Assembly: GCA_023653075.1 (NCBI GenBank) | Contig: JAMNXQ010000005.1 | Coordinates: 13,925 to 77,924 of the forward strand | Reading direction: 5' to 3' | DNA from: Algoriphagus sp. | GTDB taxonomy: Bacteria; Bacteroidota; Bacteroidia; Cytophagales; Cyclobacteriaceae | DNA: 64,000 bases | In this document: positions 1 to 10,064 of the stretch, in pieces | Position numbering within the stretch: position 1 is the first letter of the stretch | Layout of the letters: each line of letters starts with the position of its first letter | Translations under genes and position numbers: made by a program | The notes under the pieces: generated by a model | Seen by the model: only the letters and a program-made list of their open reading frames with translations | Told to the model about the DNA's origin: nothing | Databases searched by the model: none

Positions 1-2814
1 GGGTTGATGGCAGGTGCTACACAATCCTTCTCGCGCATAGATTTCCTTTCCAAGTACGAAGAGTTCTCGATCCGAACCGGTCAGAGAGGATTTGACATCT
101 TCCTCCTTTTTCTGGGCTACAGAAAGCCCATTAAGGTGGGCAATGGCTGTTTCCAAGGTGCCTGGAATCCAGGTAGCATCCTTGGGTTGATTTTGAGCCT
201 GGGCAAGAATAGGTACTCCTTGTGCAGGTGGAAGCCACGAAGCTGCCGCAATCCCTTCCATTCGTACACGCCCATGGGGATCTTGTACTGCTTTGGTCAG
301 CAATTGAGCTTGATCAGGAATCTGGTGGCCTGAATAGCGTAGTACTCGGGTGGCTGCAGCGCGTATCTTGTAGTTGGTGGATGCAAGCAATTCTTTCAGA
401 AGTGTAGCATTGACGCGATTGGCTCCCCAGGTGACCCAGAGGGCTTCCAAGCGCTGGTGCTCGTAGTCCGGATTATTTTTATCTAAGGTTTTTAGCCATT
501 TCTCAATAGCCGTGGTTACCGCTGTCGCATCTCTTCCTCTCAGTTCGCGACGGGTACGGTAGCGGCTTCGGTATTCGGGAAGTTTCAAGTTTTCCAGAAG
601 AGCTGGAATAGGTTGACCATCGATTTTTGCAGGCGTAACTAGGGGTCTAGAAGGATAGGTCAATCGGTAAATGCGTCCATGCACATGGTCTCGCAAGGGA
701 TCTCGTGCATTGTGCTGCATGTGTCCAATGAGGATATTGTGCCAATCCACAATGTAGAGGGAGCCATCAGGGGCAGTTTCCATATCCACGGGTCTAAAAT
801 TCCGATCCGAGGATACGACCAAATCTTGTCTCCACTTGCTGGTAAAGCCGACAGTGTCATCCAGCATCTGGTGCTGCTTGGTACCCAAAAATCCGATGGT
901 ATTGTTGATGATCATATCGCCCTGAACGTCATCTGGAAAATGTCTACTGGAGATAAATTCCAGTCCTGAGGTAGGGCGAACCATGTGGTCTTTTTCAATG
1001 AGGTTCGGACCTTTGAAGTTTCCATTTCCATAGCGGGGTAGGGTGGAGCCGGGAAGCATCCAGTTGACATTTGGACCGGAAGTTTCTGCATAGAAGTTTT
1101 GTCCCCAGTGATCAAAAGCGATGCCCCATGGGTTGGGAATGCTAACTTGGTTTACTCGCTCCAACTTGTGTCGCTTGGGTTCGTAGCGGTAAAATCCACC
1201 ATTGGTAGCACGAACGGGACCGTAGGAGGTTTCCACATTGGTATGTAAAAATACCCCTTCTGCCATGTAGATCGCGCCACTTTCGTCTGCGGCAAAGGCA
1301 GAGATGGCATGGTGCGTATCGTGGTCGTCAAATCCGGAAAGCAGGACAGTTTTCTTGTCTGCCTTGTCGTCTCCATTGGTATCTTCAAGCAAAATCAAAT
1401 TTGTCCCTTGGGACACATACACCCCTTCTGCTGCAATTTCAAAGCCTACTGGGATGTGGAGGTTGTCCGCAAAGACCTTTTGCCTATCGGCTTTCCCATC
1501 TCCATTGGTGTCTTCCAAGATGAGTAGTTTGTCTGAAGGACGTGGATCTCCGGGTTTGTAATGCGGATAGCTCGGCATGGTAGCCACCCAAAGCCGACCC
1601 TTATTGTCAAAGGAGAGTTGCACCGGATTGGCGAGGTCAAGGAATTCTTTTTCAGAAGCGAAAAGTTCGATTTTGTATCCTTCTGGCACCTTCATGGACT
1701 TGAGAGCATCTTCTCCATACAAATAGTCTAGACTACCATTGGCCTCTGGGTTGTAGTTGGTCTCCACCTCTGGCAAGGAGGGTGTCAACGCATCGGCTGC
1801 CTTGAGGTCTTTCGTTTTTCCCACATTTGCTTCCCAAATAGCTGTATCTCGGATCGCAGTGAGCTGGCGAATTTTCTCCAATTCAAAAGGATAGTTGTCT
1901 GGCCCAAAAGGATCGTAGCGTCTACCAAAGACATGCACTCCGTTGGGGATTTTGTAGTCGTTGTTCCAAAACCAGTTTTTCTCAAGTACTGCTTGTTCGA
2001 TCAGCTCTTTGTTGGCTTCTGCCTTGGTTGAGGCTTTTCCGAAAATTTTGTCTGCGAGAAGCACCGACAGCTTTTCATAGCCCTCTTCAGTCAGTTGGCT
2101 TCCATCGATGGTGAGCGGCTCGGCACTGTCTTGGTACCAACTTTTACTTGGGGTAAAAGCGTCCACAAAGACGATTTGATGCTTTTTGGCTACCTCCTCC
2201 ATGGCTTCGGTGTAGCGCTGCAAGTTTTCGTTTTCCAGTTTTCCATTCGGGACATCCTTGATTTCGGATAAGTCCTCAAAGGCAATGGGAGACACTAGGG
2301 CAAGTTGTGGGGCTGCTTTTCCATTGTAGCGCTGTGCCTTGGAATGAACAATCCAGGCTTCCAATTCGTCCTTGAAATTTTGAAGTTTGGCTTCTCCTTG
2401 AAAAGATTCATTGAAGCCAAAAAATCCTATGACCACATCTGCCTTCAATCGAGTCAGCCACTGATCTGGTTTTTCTAGAAATCCTTCCGACCCAGAATTG
2501 GTAGCGTATTCGTCCTGAAATTGTTCAGCTCCAGGAAATGCCCAGGGATCGTTGGTGCCTGAGCGAGGTCGAAAACCTGGGGTGTCTCCAGGATCACTGA
2601 GGTTACGAATGAAGAGGGTGCTGTCAGGGTATCGTAGGTGTAGTTCTGTTTCCAGCCCACCGAATTCCATCATTCTAGAACCCAAATTATTGCCTACTAG
2701 GGCAATTCGAGTGCCCTTTCGGAGTTCCAAGGTAGGTCCAGAAGTACAGCTAAAAAGTGCGAAAAGGGCAAGTAGGAGTACGGGAGTGTAGTTGAGGGAG
2801 CGTGTGTTGATCAT
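1..2814 (-). CDS. Large lipoprotein with SGNH/GDSL-like N-domain, sorbosone-dehydrogenase-like beta-propeller and cytochrome c (PVC-type heme-binding CxxCH protein); partial, continues past the left edge
   Basis: Not in the ORF track; both ends translated by hand. ATG at 2814 gives MINTRSLNYTPVLLLALFALFSC (lipobox), then RIALVGNNLGSRM...GFFGFNESF (SGNH-like). The same frame at the edge reads GKEIYAREGLCSTCHQP, with CxxCH at 7-21. Confidence 0.85.
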   Translation of the reverse strand, partial: MINTRSLNYTPVLLLALFALFSCTSGPTLELRKGTRIALVGNNLGSRMMEFGGLETELHLRYPDSTLFIRNLSDPGDTPGFRPRSGTNDPWAFPGAEQFQDEYATNSGSEGFLEKPDQWLTRLKADVVIGFFGFNESFQGEAKLQNFKDELEAWIVHSKAQRYNGKAAPQLALVSPIAFEDLSEIKDVPNGKLENENLQRYTEAMEEVAKKHQIVFVDAFTPSKSWYQDSAEPLTIDGSQLTEEGYEKLSVLLADKIFGKASTKAEANKELIEQAVLEKNWFWNNDYKIPNGVHVFGRRYDPFGPDNYPFELEKIRQLTAIRDTAIWEANVGKTKDLKAADALTPSLPEVETNYNPEANGSLDYLYGEDALKSMKVPEGYKIELFASEKEFLDLANPVQLSFDNKGRLWVATMPSYPHYKPGDPRPSDKLLILEDTNGDGKADRQKVFADNLHIPVGFEIAAEGVYVSQGTNLILLEDTNGDDKADKKTVLLSGFDDHDTHHAISAFAADESGAIYMAEGVFLHTNVETSYGPVRATNGGFYRYEPKRHKLERVNQVSIPNPWGIAFDHWGQNFYAETSGPNVNWMLPGSTLPRYGNGNFKGPNLIEKDHMVRPTSGLEFISSRHFPDDVQGDMIINNTIGFLGTKQHQMLDDTVGFTSKWRQDLVVSSDRNFRPVDMETAPDGSLYIVDWHNILIGHMQHNARDPLRDHVHGRIYRLTYPSRPLVTPAKIDGQPIPALLENLKLPEYRSRYRTRRELRGRDATAVTTAIEKWLKTLDKNNPDYEHQRLEALWVTWGANRVNATLLKELLASTNYKIRAAATRVLRYSGHQIPDQAQLLTKAVQDPHGRVRMEGIAAASWLPPAQGVPILAQAQNQPKDATWIPGTLETAIAHLNGLSVAQKKEEDVKSSLTGSDRELFVLGKEIYAREGLCSTCHQP

Positions 2815-3017
2815 TCTGGGCTAGATATTTTACTTAATACTAAGCAGAATGATTTCTATTGTCAATGGCTTTTTTACCAATTGTGCAAAAAATTCGGATA
2901 CCCATCACCCCAATTGACCAAATAAAAATCTTACTAAAACTACTTTTAAACTCATGAAATTTTTCTCATCTTGATTCAGCGATCTAGAAATTTCACCTAG
3001 CAATACACCCAAAATCT

Positions 3018-5699
3018 ATGTTTCAACGACCTCAACTTCGTTTTCTTTATTTGCTTAGTGCAATGCTCCTTTTTGGATTCGGTTGTAACCAAAAAGAAGT
3101 AGAGCGGCAGCTCACAGGAAATCCAAAATTAGATAAGCTCAAGTTGCCGGATGGCTTTGTAGCCGAATTACTCTACAGCCCCGGAGAAAATGAGCAGGGC
3201 TCTTGGGTAGCCATGACCTTCGATGACAAAGGTCGCATGATCACCTCCGATCAGTATGGATTTTTGTATCGCCTGGAACTTCCTCCGATAGGTTCGGATT
3301 CCACGGTAAAGCCAAAAGTGGAGCAACTTCAGATTGGCAATGTAGCCGATTCCCTGGTCGGTATGGGTTATGCACAAGGCTTACTCTATGCCTTCAACTC
3401 TCTGTATGTGGTGGTGAATAATGATCCCAATGAAAACTTCGGATTACCTACCGGACTTTACCGAATCCAGGATTTGGATGGCAATGATCAATTTGAGACC
3501 GTTACCCAACTCAAAGAACTCAAGGGAGAGCAAGGAGAGCATGGTCCACATTCTTTGAAGCTTACCCCTGATGGAAAAGGAATCTACCTCATAGCCGGTA
3601 ACCATGTGGATGTGCCCGAAATGAATCATTACCGATTGCCGAGGGTATGGCAGGAGGACAACCTTTTCCCCTTAATCAAAGATCCTCGGGGCCATGCAAA
3701 TGACCGTAAAGCGCCAGGAGGCTGGCTAGCACGAATAGATCCCGAAGGAAAAGATTGGGAATTGATTTCTGCGGGCTACCGAAACACGTTTGACTTTGAC
3801 TACAATGAAGTGGGTGATATTTTCGGATACGATTCGGATATGGAATGGGATTTTGGAATGCCTTGGTACCGACCTACCCGCATTACTCACCTGACCAGTG
3901 GTTCCGAGTACGGATGGCGAACCGGTAACTCCAAATGGTCGCCCAACTACCCGGACAACCTTCCGGCCACCCTCAATATTGGACAGGGTTCACCCACCAA
4001 TGTAATGTTTGGAGCCAAGGCCAATTTTCCAAGTAAATACAAAAAGGCCTTGTATGCATTTGATTGGAGTTTTGGAATCATCTATGCCATCCATTTGACT
4101 CCAAAAGGAGCGACTTACGAGGCCTCTGCCGAAGAATTTATTTCAGGAGCGCCACTACCATTGACTGATGGTACGATTGGACCGGATGGGGCCCTGTATT
4201 TTGCTACGGGAGGTAGAAGATTGGAATCGGACCTCTACCGCGTATACTACAAAGGAGAACTGGATGCCCATACGCCGCTCAAGGAAGCGGATCTCCCTCA
4301 GGAGGCGAAGTTGAGAAGGGAGCTGGAGCAGTTCCATGCCAAAGGAGCTTCCGCAGCAGGATTGGAAAAAGCCTGGAGCAACCTGAATCATCCGGATCGA
4401 TTTGTGCAGTATGCTGCCCGTGTGGCCGTAGAACATCAGCCGGTAGCCACTTGGAAGGCAAAAGCCCTGGCGGAAACCAATCCTACCTCGAAAATTCAAG
4501 CCATCTTGGCCTTGGCTCACCAGGGCACGGATGCAGATGCAGCCGGCATGTTGGAAAGCCTGATGCAGGTGGATTATGCTACACTTTCAGCTACCGACAA
4601 GCAAAATATTCTTCGAACCATTGAAGTCATCTTGGCGCGCTACGATAAAGGAGCTACTGCTAGCAAGGCCCAGTTGGTGACCTATTTAGATCCCCATTAT
4701 CCTGCTGATGACAACCTGCTCAATAGATCCCTATCCATCTTGCTTGTGCACCTGGATGCACCTTCTGCGGTAGGGAAGACCCTTGCGTTACTCAAGGATG
4801 CCAAAGACGATCCCCACTACCAAAAGACATTTACGGCCTCTTCCGATTTGATTTTCCGAAACCCACAATACGGTTTGGATATCGCCAACATGCTAGCCAA
4901 TGTTCCCCCTGCGCAAGCTACCTTCTACGCTACCGTTTTGGGTGGCGCGGACAAAGGCTGGACTGCGGCACAGCGGGAGGAGTATTTTGGATGGATCAAG
5001 AATGCACTGACTGCCTACAAAGGTGGTAGAAGTTATGTGGGATTCCTGGATCGTGCTCGAAAAATGGCTTTGGCCTCCGTGGATAAAGCAGATTTCGAGA
5101 AGTACGACGAGCTGTCGGGAGGAAAATTGCTGACCGAGAGTGGAAACGATATTGTGAATTCTGGAACTCAGCCCGAAGGTCCTGGTAGACGTTGGACGGT
5201 AGAGGAGGCAGAGCCCTTGCTTACCAACCTAGTCGGTCGAGACTTGGTAAAAGGCAAAGCCATGTATGCCGCCAGCCTTTGCCAATCCTGTCATACCATG
5301 CAAGGAGCAGGAGGAGCGATTGGCCCGGATTTGAGTCAGTTGGGAACGCGCTTTTCTGCCAAGGATATTCTAGTAGCCACGCTGGACCCGAATGCCACCA
5401 TCTCCGATCAATACCATGCTACTGTTCTTGAACTCAAGGCTGGAGGATCTTTGGTGGGAAAAATCACCGATGAGGATGCACAAAATTACTACCTCTCTCA
5501 GAACCCATTTGCTCCGGCTGATATCAAAAAGGTTCCAAAAAATACCGTTTCGCTTAAGAAGAATTCAGACATCTCCATCATGATGCCTGGTCTTGTCAAT
5601 CGACTAAATGAGGAAGAATTGAAGGATCTGATTGCCTATTTGATTTCTGGAGGCAATGCAAATCATGCCGTGTACAAACAACCTCTTACACAAAAATGA
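3018..5699 (+). CDS. Lipoprotein with beta-propeller dehydrogenase-like domain, HEAT-like repeats and C-terminal c-type cytochrome (PVC-type heme-binding protein)
   Basis: 893 aa; lipobox FGFGC; LKLPDGFVAEL, GEHGPH, GYRNTFD, DSDMEWD propeller motifs; CQSCH...GPDL...MMP heme c domain. Confidence 0.85.
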   Translation: MFQRPQLRFLYLLSAMLLFGFGCNQKEVERQLTGNPKLDKLKLPDGFVAELLYSPGENEQGSWVAMTFDDKGRMITSDQYGFLYRLELPPIGSDSTVKPKVEQLQIGNVADSLVGMGYAQGLLYAFNSLYVVVNNDPNENFGLPTGLYRIQDLDGNDQFETVTQLKELKGEQGEHGPHSLKLTPDGKGIYLIAGNHVDVPEMNHYRLPRVWQEDNLFPLIKDPRGHANDRKAPGGWLARIDPEGKDWELISAGYRNTFDFDYNEVGDIFGYDSDMEWDFGMPWYRPTRITHLTSGSEYGWRTGNSKWSPNYPDNLPATLNIGQGSPTNVMFGAKANFPSKYKKALYAFDWSFGIIYAIHLTPKGATYEASAEEFISGAPLPLTDGTIGPDGALYFATGGRRLESDLYRVYYKGELDAHTPLKEADLPQEAKLRRELEQFHAKGASAAGLEKAWSNLNHPDRFVQYAARVAVEHQPVATWKAKALAETNPTSKIQAILALAHQGTDADAAGMLESLMQVDYATLSATDKQNILRTIEVILARYDKGATASKAQLVTYLDPHYPADDNLLNRSLSILLVHLDAPSAVGKTLALLKDAKDDPHYQKTFTASSDLIFRNPQYGLDIANMLANVPPAQATFYATVLGGADKGWTAAQREEYFGWIKNALTAYKGGRSYVGFLDRARKMALASVDKADFEKYDELSGGKLLTESGNDIVNSGTQPEGPGRRWTVEEAEPLLTNLVGRDLVKGKAMYAASLCQSCHTMQGAGGAIGPDLSQLGTRFSAKDILVATLDPNATISDQYHATVLELKAGGSLVGKITDEDAQNYYLSQNPFAPADIKKVPKNTVSLKKNSDISIMMPGLVNRLNEEELKDLIAYLISGGNANHAVYKQPLTQK

Positions 5700-6496
5700 A
5701 ATTCCCTACCCTCAAATCTTTCCTTCTCCTAGAAGTATTTGTCGCGGTGATTCTTTTGGCATCGTCACTCTTCTCCAACGAGGGGACATCTCGTCAAACC
5801 CACATTCCAATCAAAACGGTTCAAGATGGATTTACACCCATTTTTGATGGAAAAAGTCTCGATGGATGGGAATTTGATCCGGTCTACTGGTCGGTAAAAG
5901 ACGAGGCGATTGTGGGAGAAATTACCGCTGCAACGCTTCTTAAGAATAATACCTTCATCATCTGGAAGGGGGGAGAACTCGGAGATTTTGAGTTGAAGGT
6001 AGATTTTTGGATTTCAGAAAAAGGAAATTCCGGGGTGCAATACCGAAGTGAGCGCTTTACGGAGGTACCCTATGCCCTACGAGGCTACCAGGCCGATATC
6101 GATGGGGGTAATCTCTATACAGGTCAAAACTACGAAGAGCGAAAGCGGACCACTTTGGCTTACCGAGGTCAGAAAACGCAAATTACTTCAGCCCCAGACT
6201 CCTTCGCATCGATAGGTGGATATGTGCAGAACAATGCCTGGAAAGGATTGGTACTGGTAGATGAACTTGGCGATCGCGCTGCCTTGGGAAATCTGATCAA
6301 AAAAGGGGAGTGGAACACGATTCATATCGTAGCCAAGGGGAATCTGATGAAGCATTATGTCAACGGCACGCTGATGAGTGAAGTACTAGACGAGGATGCT
6401 AAAAACAGAAAACCGAGCGGTTTATTTGGTTTTCAAGTCCATGTAGGCCCACCCATGAAGGTGATGTTTAAGAATATTCTCTTGAAAAAGGGATAG
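5696..6496 (+). CDS. DUF1080 family protein (3-keto-disaccharide hydrolase/hydratase-like), exported
   Basis: FDGKSLDGW, DFELKVDF, GNSGVQYRS, GYQADID, GEWNTIHI, GFQVH; N-terminal hydrophobic signal; ATGA overlap with the upstream gene. Confidence 0.9.
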   Translation: MKFPTLKSFLLLEVFVAVILLASSLFSNEGTSRQTHIPIKTVQDGFTPIFDGKSLDGWEFDPVYWSVKDEAIVGEITAATLLKNNTFIIWKGGELGDFELKVDFWISEKGNSGVQYRSERFTEVPYALRGYQADIDGGNLYTGQNYEERKRTTLAYRGQKTQITSAPDSFASIGGYVQNNAWKGLVLVDELGDRAALGNLIKKGEWNTIHIVAKGNLMKHYVNGTLMSEVLDEDAKNRKPSGLFGFQVHVGPPMKVMFKNILLKKG

Positions 6497-6533
6497 GGAA
6501 GATTAGCCCAATCCTGGGTTTTACAGTAAAAAA

Positions 6534-7589
6534 ATGAAGCATAAAGACTCCCAAAATTGGAAGCATACCCTCTCCAACTCCCAGCAACTGGGAGGTATTG
6601 AAACTTCCGTTTTGGACAATGGAGCAGGTCGAGGAGTTCGTATCGCTTGGATCAATACGGGAACTGGACTTCGCTATAAGGTGGTGCTTGACCGAGGAAT
6701 GGATATTTTGGATGCCTTTCACAATGAACATAGCCTGGCCTGGATTTCTCATGCTGGCTTGACTGCTCCCCAACCATTTTCCAATAAAGGGATTGATTGG
6801 CTTCGTACCTTTGGTGGAGGCTTGTTGACTACTTGCGGATTATCCAATGCCGGCCCTCCCAATTCCGATGCGAATGGATCTCGAGGATTGCACGGCAATT
6901 ATTCCAACCTAGCCGCCGAAATCATTTCCATCAAGCAACCCGATATTTTCTCTGGGGACCTGGGTTTTGAGGTGGTCGGAAAAGTTACTGAAAGCAGCAC
7001 CTTTGGTCCCAGTTTGGAACTCGTTCGAAGGATCTCCGGAACAATCGGATCGGCAGAAATTAGGATCCAAGACCAAGTCACGAATCGAGGGAATGCAAAA
7101 GCTCCTCACATGCTCTTGTACCATATCAATTGTGGATGGCCATTGATAGATGAAGGAACGCGGATTGTCTGGCAGGGTGAGTTGCAACCGAGACTTGGAG
7201 AGTCTGACATTCGTCAAAATTCCAGAAAAGATGGATTCAGACACTGTCCAGCGGCCATGGATAGCCATGCTGGCTTTGGTGAAGAGGTAGCCTTTATTGA
7301 CCCTCAGGGAGATAAGGAGCAACACGTTATTTGCGGCTATGTCAACGATCAATTGGGATTGGGACTGAAGATTTCCTTTTCCAAAACCCAATTGCCTTGG
7401 CTTATCCATTGGCAGCATTGGGGAAAAAATGAATACGTAACAGCACTTGAGCCGGCTACAAATCCACCAATTGGACAGGCTGCTGCGCGAGCGAATCAGA
7501 GTTTGGTTGAGCTAGAGCCAGGTGAAAGCCGAAGTTATGACCTCCACCTCAGCGTATTGATAGGTGAGGCCGCTCGGGAATTTTCTTGA
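6534..7589 (+). CDS. Aldose 1-epimerase family protein (DUF4432)
   Basis: DRGMDI, FGGGLLTTCGL, LHG, LYHINCGWP, ALEPAT motifs. Confidence 0.85.
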   Translation: MKHKDSQNWKHTLSNSQQLGGIETSVLDNGAGRGVRIAWINTGTGLRYKVVLDRGMDILDAFHNEHSLAWISHAGLTAPQPFSNKGIDWLRTFGGGLLTTCGLSNAGPPNSDANGSRGLHGNYSNLAAEIISIKQPDIFSGDLGFEVVGKVTESSTFGPSLELVRRISGTIGSAEIRIQDQVTNRGNAKAPHMLLYHINCGWPLIDEGTRIVWQGELQPRLGESDIRQNSRKDGFRHCPAAMDSHAGFGEEVAFIDPQGDKEQHVICGYVNDQLGLGLKISFSKTQLPWLIHWQHWGKNEYVTALEPATNPPIGQAAARANQSLVELEPGESRSYDLHLSVLIGEAAREFS

Positions 7590-7671
7590 CCCAGTTTGAA
7601 ATGAACTGCCGCTTATAGAATGATTTAAAAGAAAAAAATAGACTACTACCACTAACCCAAAATACAGACCT

Positions 7672-8880
7672 ATGAGTTTTGCCAAAAAAGCGCTCGAACA
7701 GGGCGAAGGAATTGTACGATTGACCCCCACCTGGGTGCCCCGATCTTTTTGTGTGCCGGGAAGAAGAATTAAACTTCACCCTGACGATTACTATGCCTTT
7801 GGAGGCATGCGTGGAGGGATCGATGAACGCTGGTTTGCCTCTACCACTGCTGCCCAAAACGGGCCACTGACTTCAAAAAATGAAGGCTTAAGTCACATTG
7901 CCCTAGAGGATGGCGGAAAAGTAACGCTTGGGCTGCTCAAGGATGCAGTGGAGGAACTGGGTGCTGACCTGATCGGCTCACGCCTATGGAATGAGTTCAA
8001 GTCCTGGCCCATGTACTCCAAATTTTTTGACAACATGGGACCTTTGCCGCACCACATTCACCCTTCGGATGAGTTTGGCAAATTGACTGGTCAAAATGGA
8101 AAGCCAGAGGCCTACTATTTTCCCCCACAAGTGAATAACCACGGAGGAGATTTTCCTTACACCTTCTTTGGCATTGCTCCGGGAACGAGCAAGGAAACCA
8201 TTCTGGATTGCTTGAAAAACTTCAACAAAGGGGACAACAAGATCACTAATTACTCCCAAGCGTTTCGCTTGCAGCCGGGCACGGGTTGGGATGTCCCTCC
8301 TGGGATGCTCCATGCGCCTGGTAGCATGTGTACCTACGAACCGCAAAAAGCCTCCGACATCTTTGCGATGTACCAATCCTTGGTGAATGAAGCCATTATT
8401 CCGGATGAATTGCTTTGGAATGCTTGTCCAAAAAACCGTTGGGGAGACTACGAACTCTTGTTGGAAATGATCGATTGGGATCTGAACGTCAATCCCAACT
8501 TGATGGACAACCACTACATGGAACCCAAGCCGGTGGCGGACCCCGCTCAAATGCAGGCTGCGGGCTACCAGGAAACCTGGATTTGCTACCGTTCTCATTA
8601 CTACAGTGCCAAGGAACTTACCGTGCTACCTGGCCAGACCGTTGTGATTCGAGATGCGGCAGCCTATGGCATGATCATGATGCAAGGGCATGGAAAAATG
8701 GGTGCTTGGGATATTGAAACTCCTTCGCTGATCCGTTTTGGCCAGTTGACCCAGGATGAATATTTCGTATCCGAAGCCGCTGCGAAGGCAGGAGTAAAAA
8801 TTACCAACACCTCCAAATCAGATCCTATCGTGATGCTCAAGCATTTTGGGCCCAAGAATCCTGATTTGACGGTATTGTGA
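7672..8880 (+). CDS. Class I mannose-6-phosphate-isomerase-like cupin, sugar isomerase of unknown substrate
   Basis: IDERW, PLPHHIHP, KPEAYY, VPPGMLHA, YEPQKASD resemble type I PMI metal-binding motifs. Confidence 0.7.
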   Translation: MSFAKKALEQGEGIVRLTPTWVPRSFCVPGRRIKLHPDDYYAFGGMRGGIDERWFASTTAAQNGPLTSKNEGLSHIALEDGGKVTLGLLKDAVEELGADLIGSRLWNEFKSWPMYSKFFDNMGPLPHHIHPSDEFGKLTGQNGKPEAYYFPPQVNNHGGDFPYTFFGIAPGTSKETILDCLKNFNKGDNKITNYSQAFRLQPGTGWDVPPGMLHAPGSMCTYEPQKASDIFAMYQSLVNEAIIPDELLWNACPKNRWGDYELLLEMIDWDLNVNPNLMDNHYMEPKPVADPAQMQAAGYQETWICYRSHYYSAKELTVLPGQTVVIRDAAAYGMIMMQGHGKMGAWDIETPSLIRFGQLTQDEYFVSEAAAKAGVKITNTSKSDPIVMLKHFGPKNPDLTVL

Positions 8881-8933
8881 TTTAAATATTAGAGAAAGTT
8901 TTAGTTGAACTACGTTACTAACCCAAAATACCA

Positions 8934-9950
8934 ATGAATACATTACCCAAACTGCACAATGCCACTTGGCCAGGATTGGTTGGAAAAGGCCCAGATTCAG
9001 AACCTGTAATCGCCTTTGATCAGTTACTCGAAATGACCGCTGCAGCTGAAGTGGACGGAGTCAAATTTGATGGAATTGATGTGGGCTTACTCGAACCACA
9101 TATCTACCTGGATCAGGCGGAAGAAGCTAAAAAGCTAGCGGAGAAAGTTTCCAAACATGGCCTTAAAGTAGGCTCACTTGTAGCCCCAATCTGGGCAGGC
9201 TCAGCCATGGGCACAGCCGATCAGCGCAAAACTTTTGTGGAGATGGTTCGCAAGTCTTGCGAATTTGGACAGCAGCTTAAGGCGCTTGGCGTCAGGGATT
9301 ATGGAATCGTCCGGATTGACTCCGCTGCAGGCGTGTCCGACTGGGCCAAGGATCCACTCGGCAATTCCAAATTGATTGCCCAAACTTTCCAGGAAGCCGC
9401 TGATGTTGCCGCTGGCTATGGAGAAAAGCTGGCTGCAGAAGGAGAAATCTGCTGGGGTGGCATGCACAGCTGGAAGCACATGGTTGAATTGCTAGAAATG
9501 ACCGATCGAAAGAATGTGGGTTTCCAGGCCGACATGTCCCATACCTTCCTATACACCATGGGCTACAATGCCCCAGAGCATCGCATTCTGCCAGTTGATG
9601 CAGATTTGAAGGATAGGGAAGTGATCAAAGCTGCCATTAAAACAGTTTCAGATGCACTGCGCCCTTGGACCATTGACTTTCACGTGGCCCAGAATGATGG
9701 TTCGGTGTTTGGATCTGGATCGCACGATAAAACTGGCCGTCACTGCCAGGCAACCGATCCGAATGGGTTGCTTGACATCGCCCATGATGCTGGCTACTGG
9801 ATGCGAGATGCTGTTGGAAATTACAACCAAGCCTTGACCCACATTTGCTGGGATGGCTGCATGTTCCCCAATGAGGTCATGGAAAAGCAGCAAACTTGGA
9901 ACGACATCCTGGCTGCGATGATTGCAGTTCGTAATGCACAGGGGCATTGA
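8934..9950 (+). CDS. Sugar phosphate isomerase/epimerase, xylose-isomerase-like TIM barrel (AP_endonuc_2)
   Basis: [25 protein letters not shown] metal-ligand pattern. Confidence 0.8.
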   Translation: MNTLPKLHNATWPGLVGKGPDSEPVIAFDQLLEMTAAAEVDGVKFDGIDVGLLEPHIYLDQAEEAKKLAEKVSKHGLKVGSLVAPIWAGSAMGTADQRKTFVEMVRKSCEFGQQLKALGVRDYGIVRIDSAAGVSDWAKDPLGNSKLIAQTFQEAADVAAGYGEKLAAEGEICWGGMHSWKHMVELLEMTDRKNVGFQADMSHTFLYTMGYNAPEHRILPVDADLKDREVIKAAIKTVSDALRPWTIDFHVAQNDGSVFGSGSHDKTGRHCQATDPNGLLDIAHDAGYWMRDAVGNYNQALTHICWDGCMFPNEVMEKQQTWNDILAAMIAVRNAQGH

Positions 9951-10064
9951 TGCTGAGGGCTGTGAATTTGTTCTTGTAGCTCCTTTAGCCCAATAAAATT
10001 CACTGTCACTTATCCATTAATTGAATACTAGAGATCTTTCTTTTACATCATTCTTACTAGAAAA

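Noticed and set aside
4-2791. Many short ORFs on both strands in the track
   Set aside because: They are shadows of the long minus-strand lipoprotein gene at 1-2814
2815-3017. ccaattg motifs in the divergent promoter as an operator
   Set aside because: Too short and no cognate regulator is visible in the window
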